From a virus, in the IMG/VR virus record IMGVR_UViG_3300021379_000006, positions 32,001-96,000 of that record: a DNA stretch of 64,000 bases. One strand, 5' to 3'. The notes under the pieces are model-generated. The model was not told the DNA's origin. It saw only the letters and a program-made list of their open reading frames with translations, and searched no databases. The translations under genes were made by a program, and so were the position numbers. Below, piece after piece: positions 59,762 through 64,000 of the stretch (the stretch's first letter is position 1; every line of letters starts with the position of its first letter).

Positions 59762-60313
59762 TTAACATCCTACAGTCTTACATGAAATCTTTTGAAGTCT
59801 TTTCTTTGCATAACTATACAAAGCCATACCTTCATCTGGACTATTACAGTATTCTGTTTTTGCAACAGCTGCATCTATAACAGTTCTGATATATTTCATT
59901 TCATCAATAAGATCTTTTCTTTCACTATGAGGTTCGCACGCTTTAACATCAATGTCACATAATGTGTTGTAGTATAATGTTAGTAAGTTAGTGATTCTCA
60001 AATGGTTATATTCCACATATACTTTATCTCCAGGAGATACGCTATATTTTATGATATAAATACCATCTGCTAATGCTGTTCTCATTGTACCACAATTTTC
60101 TGTTTGTGTACCCAAAAGACAACCATTTAAATTTAGATCAAACTGAGGATCAACTTTAATAAGAACAGGAGCATTGTACCCCGGTGATGTAACCAATAGC
60201 TCACCACAATCTACATCTAACTTAGATGTGTATTGGCTAGTATCTTTAATGCTTAGAATCTCACAATTAGCTACTGTGGGAACTTCTAAACTTAATATAT
60301 GCTTATCGGCCAT
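59762..60313 (-). CDS. Putative structural protein (Ig-like, Cys-containing)
   Basis: LADGIYIIKYSVSP motif; lies in the structural module behind a promoter motif. Confidence 0.55.
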   Translation of the reverse strand: MADKHILSLEVPTVANCEILSIKDTSQYTSKLDVDCGELLVTSPGYNAPVLIKVDPQFDLNLNGCLLGTQTENCGTMRTALADGIYIIKYSVSPGDKVYVEYNHLRITNLLTLYYNTLCDIDVKACEPHSERKDLIDEMKYIRTVIDAAVAKTEYCNSPDEGMALYSYAKKRLQKISCKTVGC

Positions 60314-60381
60314 AATATTTCTAATTAAATAAATAATGTACTACATAGATAATATACTAAAAAAAGCTGACATTATAAAAT

Positions 60382-60412
60382 AAAAAGGGTGAGAGATTTC
60401 TCCCCCACCCTT
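60382..60412 (-). terminator. Rho-independent terminator
   Basis: The minus strand reads AAGGGTGGGGGA-GAAA-TCTCTCACCCTT-TTT. Confidence 0.8.
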
Positions 60413-60434
60413 CTATATCTATGGTCAGTGTTTC

Positions 60435-61661
60435 TTACTGATCAATTGAAGTTTCTCTAGCAATTGGATTACCAGAAGAATTTGCCGCGGTCACCAATGC
60501 ATCTAACAAGGCTTCAACTTGACCTTGTGTTTCTGCATCATCACATCTAACAAAAATCTCGTATACATACTGATCATTGTCAAATACGCTTGTTGCATTA
60601 TTCAAACGTGGAATGCTGTGTTGTACGTAGTAAGTTTTGTACAAAGCGCTACGGTCTACAGCAGAAATGATTTCCTCAGACCCTTCAATCTCACGCATAC
60701 GGAAAGCATCCATGTTTCCTTGGTGGAAAGGAGCTTGACCGTAAGACTCAGTCAATAAAAGTTGTCTCAATACACTTTCACCTTGAGTTTGTTTCATTGT
60801 ACCAGGAGTAGCTTCAGCAACACCACAGTCATTACAAGGATCACCAGTTTCATCAAGCAAAGAAGCTACCAATTGGATAGGCTCTTTACCGTAGTAATCA
60901 CGAGTATCAAAAGTACAATCACCAAACTTAGTGTCAACGTAAGCACCTTCAAACATAATCTTAGCAGAAACATCGTCACCTACTGGATCAGTTGAAGCAA
61001 CGTAAGTACCGTCTAATACGTCAGCAATGCTGTAAACAGTTACAACACCAGCAACAGATACAGAGATACCACCGCCAGTTTTTTCTTTAACAAAAGGAGC
61101 AATGATTGGGTCAGCCAAAAGCATTTTACCCATCTTAGCAAGTGCTACTGCAGGATCAAGGTATTCTTGACCATCTACACAACACAATCCAGGTACATCA
61201 CCGTCAGCAGCGTCACCAGCAGAATCACCAATAGCGTAAGCATTGTGGTTCAAGAAACGCAAAGCAGGAGCACCTTTAACGTCCAAACGGAGCATTAAAA
61301 CACTACCACATGGGTGACACTTAGGACCAACTTCAATAGAAGCAGTTGCAGCTGTAGCATCAACACAGCTAGACTCCCATACTCTTGTCAAGTATTTTGG
61401 GTTGATTCCTTTTGATTTTACAGATTCTCCATAACCACCATGGTGTTTGTTACCACCAATAGTGTCACTTGAATGAAGAGAACCTTGTACTAAATAAGCC
61501 ATTCCAGGTACAGGGAAAGCACCAGCTGCATGAGCAGTCCAGTCATCACCATCTACCAAGGCCAATTGACCTGCAGCTAAATCTGCAGTCTTAGTTCCAT
61601 CAGCAGCATCAGCTGATACCGCTAAAAAGCTTTTATAAAAAGCATGATTAAAATAAGCCAT
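60435..61661 (-). CDS. Abundant structural protein (crAss-like capsid-module/tail-hub gene)
   Basis: 408 aa with apparently biased codon use (many GCT/GGT/CGT codons). It has its own promoter motif and terminator and lies in the capsid-proximal module. Confidence 0.55.
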   Translation of the reverse strand: MAYFNHAFYKSFLAVSADAADGTKTADLAAGQLALVDGDDWTAHAAGAFPVPGMAYLVQGSLHSSDTIGGNKHHGGYGESVKSKGINPKYLTRVWESSCVDATAATASIEVGPKCHPCGSVLMLRLDVKGAPALRFLNHNAYAIGDSAGDAADGDVPGLCCVDGQEYLDPAVALAKMGKMLLADPIIAPFVKEKTGGGISVSVAGVVTVYSIADVLDGTYVASTDPVGDDVSAKIMFEGAYVDTKFGDCTFDTRDYYGKEPIQLVASLLDETGDPCNDCGVAEATPGTMKQTQGESVLRQLLLTESYGQAPFHQGNMDAFRMREIEGSEEIISAVDRSALYKTYYVQHSIPRLNNATSVFDNDQYVYEIFVRCDDAETQGQVEALLDALVTAANSSGNPIARETSIDQ

Positions 61662-61743
61662 TTTTAAAAAAATTTAGGTTTAACAAATAAATACTGTGCT
61701 TAGTGCACACATATAATATACAATATTTCTTTTATTATTCCAA

Positions 61744-62220
61744 TTAACTGAGAAATAATAGTTTATACTTAGCTGTATTTATCTGATCTTTTATTAGATC
61801 TAGATTATTTACAACTTCTGTATGAGGCATTACCTTCTGCAAATCTGCAATCTGCATTGACAATGTTCTCATATATTCTACTGCTCCATCTACACTCAAT
61901 AGTCTTACAGGAGCTTTATCTGGATAATTAAGCAGAACCTCACAAGCACCTTGATATCCTTCTGCAATTGTGTCTGCTAAACCAGGTAATGCATCATAGA
62001 TTTCATTCAGTGCAATATGCTGAGCGTAAGATCCATCTCCTGTAACTTGTAAATGTAGTTTATGAAAGCTGGTAGCAGCATTCATAATTTCAACAACTAA
62101 ATCAGCTGTCATTCCATCTACCTCTTTCATTTCAGCTGATCTTTCTTTCATAGCCATTTTAGTAGCCGGTCTAGATAAACCTTTAGAAGCTTCTTTTCTT
62201 AATGTTCTTTTATTTTCCAT
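61744..62220 (-). CDS. Dps/ferritin-like protein (DUF5856-like)
   Basis: FHKLHLQVTG..SYAQHIALNEIYD..LADTIAEGYQG matches the Dps-type H..H..D..E pattern; ends KYKLLFL. Confidence 0.7.
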   Translation of the reverse strand: MENKRTLRKEASKGLSRPATKMAMKERSAEMKEVDGMTADLVVEIMNAATSFHKLHLQVTGDGSYAQHIALNEIYDALPGLADTIAEGYQGACEVLLNYPDKAPVRLLSVDGAVEYMRTLSMQIADLQKVMPHTEVVNNLDLIKDQINTAKYKLLFLS

Positions 62221-62921
62221 TAGTTATTTCTTTCAGCAGATTGTTGATTAATTGAATACTGATTAAAGTTTTCAATATCACCAGCAATTAAGGAAGCAGT
62301 TTCATCTAATAATAATTCTACAATGTCATCTTTAAACTCACATTCTACATCCACAAGTGTTTGAGCACCGGTGTAGGGGTTTTGACAACCCGCTATTTCT
62401 ATATTAACGGGTTGTCTATAGTAAGTTAAAATAACATCTGTAATATCAAACTCTCTTCTATATACTCTTACATTATTACCCAACCATGTACAGAATGTCT
62501 CACCCCAATCATAATCAGGTCTTTTAAGAGGATCTCTCATTATTAAATCAACATTAGCTTCTTCAGACAAATAAACAGTCATTGATCTTGGATCAGGACA
62601 ACACTCACTTGTAGCATAGGCAGAAATTCTTTTGTATTCCATATAATTATCTGGAATACTGCTAGATTCAAAATACCTATCTTCTTGAGAACCAGGTAAG
62701 TTAGATTCTTCTAAAAGAATTTGTAAATCATCAATTCTTCTTTTAGACATCTCATCACCTTCACGGTATAAATTATTTCCGTGTAATTGACGCCTTACCC
62801 ATTCAATCTGAGCTTTGTTAAATGCCTCTACAATTTGCCAGCATTCTATATTATCATAGTCATTACTAGCAAGCTTGTTAAGCCTTTGTTTTAATTTAAT
62901 TTGTAGAGTTTGATTATTCAT
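62220..62921 (-). CDS. Head-tail connector/ring protein (crAss-like capsid module)
   Basis: LNKLASNDYD..FNKAQIEW..RRIDDLQIL..LTYYRQP..CEF..IVELL pattern. Confidence 0.55.
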   Translation of the reverse strand: MNNQTLQIKLKQRLNKLASNDYDNIECWQIVEAFNKAQIEWVRRQLHGNNLYREGDEMSKRRIDDLQILLEESNLPGSQEDRYFESSSIPDNYMEYKRISAYATSECCPDPRSMTVYLSEEANVDLIMRDPLKRPDYDWGETFCTWLGNNVRVYRREFDITDVILTYYRQPVNIEIAGCQNPYTGAQTLVDVECEFKDDIVELLLDETASLIAGDIENFNQYSINQQSAERNN

Positions 62922-62932
62922 TATCTAATGTG

Positions 62933-63949
62933 TTATGTATTCCAGTATGGTTCTACTTTGGACATTAAGCTCATTAGAGTATCTTCATTTGCAGGATCTT
63001 TTAGATATTCAATTGCTTCATTAGGTCTCTTACCTAACTTTTCTGAACTATCTACGGTTTCAATCCAACCTGAAGACTTTGGTACTAAGAATCTATAGAA
63101 CAGTGCATCTTTAACCAATGCTCTAATTTTTAGATTCTCCATTGAGTCTTTAGAAGCATCTAAGAAATTCTGAGCTGCTCTTTTTTTGTTAGACTCTGTA
63201 CCTTCACCATTAATGAACGCATCCATATTTTCATACATGATATCATTTGGAGTTGACTTTGTGTATTGAATGCTATCTACATCAACACTCTTAGCCACAT
63301 ACATCAACTTCGTTGTATCAGTATCATATAACTTTTGCAACTCAACCAAAGCTTTGTTCTTTAGTTTTGTGTACTGTGTTCTTTCACTGATGGTTTCTTC
63401 AATTTGATCTAAGTAAAACTTAGGTGGATTAACCGCTTTCTTTGCATCCTTTAATGACTTTGCTACTATAGAAAAGCCGCCTGCATTGATGGCATAAATC
63501 TTAATCAAATCATATGGATCCTTTGAAGGATCAAGATAAACTGGATCATTGCCACATCTTAAACTGATGCGTGACCAAAATTTATCATTATCTGGTTTTA
63601 ATAAACTTACTTTGTTCCAGAAGTCTTTGTCTTCAGGATCAATTACATTAGCTGCTAGTTCAGCTTCAAGCTGTGCTACCACCTGTCTAATTTCTTTTAC
63701 TTTCACCTCACGTTCTCCAGGTGATAGTCTTTTTACATCAGGTGCAAATTCATTAAGACCTGTAACATATCTTTTAACACCGTTTATTTCTAAACAGGCT
63801 AAAGATTCTTCATGCCACACTCCTTCGTGAAGTGCCATTCCATATTGCTCTAATCCCATGTTTTGTTTGCTAGGATCAAAGAAAGGACGTATAGCAATTG
63901 CTTGATTTTTGCTTTGCTGATACTTTTCTACAATAGTGTAATCACTCAT
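62933..63949 (-). CDS. Conserved capsid-module protein, function unknown
   Basis: 338-aa ORF at the position of the gene following the major capsid gene in crAss-like phages (position inferred; the capsid gene would lie outside the window). Confidence 0.5.
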   Translation of the reverse strand: MSDYTIVEKYQQSKNQAIAIRPFFDPSKQNMGLEQYGMALHEGVWHEESLACLEINGVKRYVTGLNEFAPDVKRLSPGEREVKVKEIRQVVAQLEAELAANVIDPEDKDFWNKVSLLKPDNDKFWSRISLRCGNDPVYLDPSKDPYDLIKIYAINAGGFSIVAKSLKDAKKAVNPPKFYLDQIEETISERTQYTKLKNKALVELQKLYDTDTTKLMYVAKSVDVDSIQYTKSTPNDIMYENMDAFINGEGTESNKKRAAQNFLDASKDSMENLKIRALVKDALFYRFLVPKSSGWIETVDSSEKLGKRPNEAIEYLKDPANEDTLMSLMSKVEPYWNT

Positions 63950-64000
63950 TCTAATTGGTTTTTAAAAATTAATAATATTTAGTTGTTTACTCAAAAATAG

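Noticed and set aside
4862-63830. Many short 60-140 aa ORFs antisense or out of frame within large genes
   Set aside because: They lie wholly inside long, motif-bearing ORFs and show no recognisable features; they are shadow ORFs.
4197-63949. Stop-codon reassignment, as seen in some crAss-like phages
   Set aside because: Genes of up to 15 kb are uninterrupted in code 11, and TAA, TAG (34450) and TGA (operon at 1316-3528) all serve as stops.
1-64000. tRNA/rRNA genes, integrase, transposase, introns or inteins
   Set aside because: None was recognised. Intergenic gaps are short, and no intein or homing-endonuclease motifs were seen in nrdA or the RNAP, although this was judged by eye only.

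Overview
A 64-kb, AT-rich segment of a large crAss-like (Crassvirales-related) phage genome. The host is probably Bacteroidota/Flavobacteriia, inferred from TAnnTTTG promoter boxes and A-rich leaders with no Shine-Dalgarno sequence. The plus strand (1-4106) carries the end of a class I ribonucleotide reductase large subunit. After it comes a six-gene, fully translationally coupled operon encoding a membrane sensor histidine kinase, a stand-alone CheY-like receiver and putative membrane/lysis proteins. The minus strand (4197-63949) carries the virion module: capsid-adjacent and ring proteins, a Dps/ferritin-like protein, Cys-rich proteins, two tail fibres plus a LamG adhesin, a metallophosphoesterase, an HU/IHF-like protein, tail tubular and stabilization proteins, and modular cargo/ejection proteins. 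It ends with a 4988-aa virion RNA polymerase (GADFDIDK) and a 1.9-kaa nuclease-domain protein. Three observations stand out. (1) The phage encodes a two-component operon coupled to holin/spanin-like genes. (2) The cargo proteins are strings of enzymatic or toxin-like modules separated by a recurring (K/M)xxGG-x(1-2)-LPKAQxG linker. (3) The long tail fibre has a 1-nt frameshift exactly at an internal repeat. All family assignments come from motifs recognised by eye; no database searches were run.
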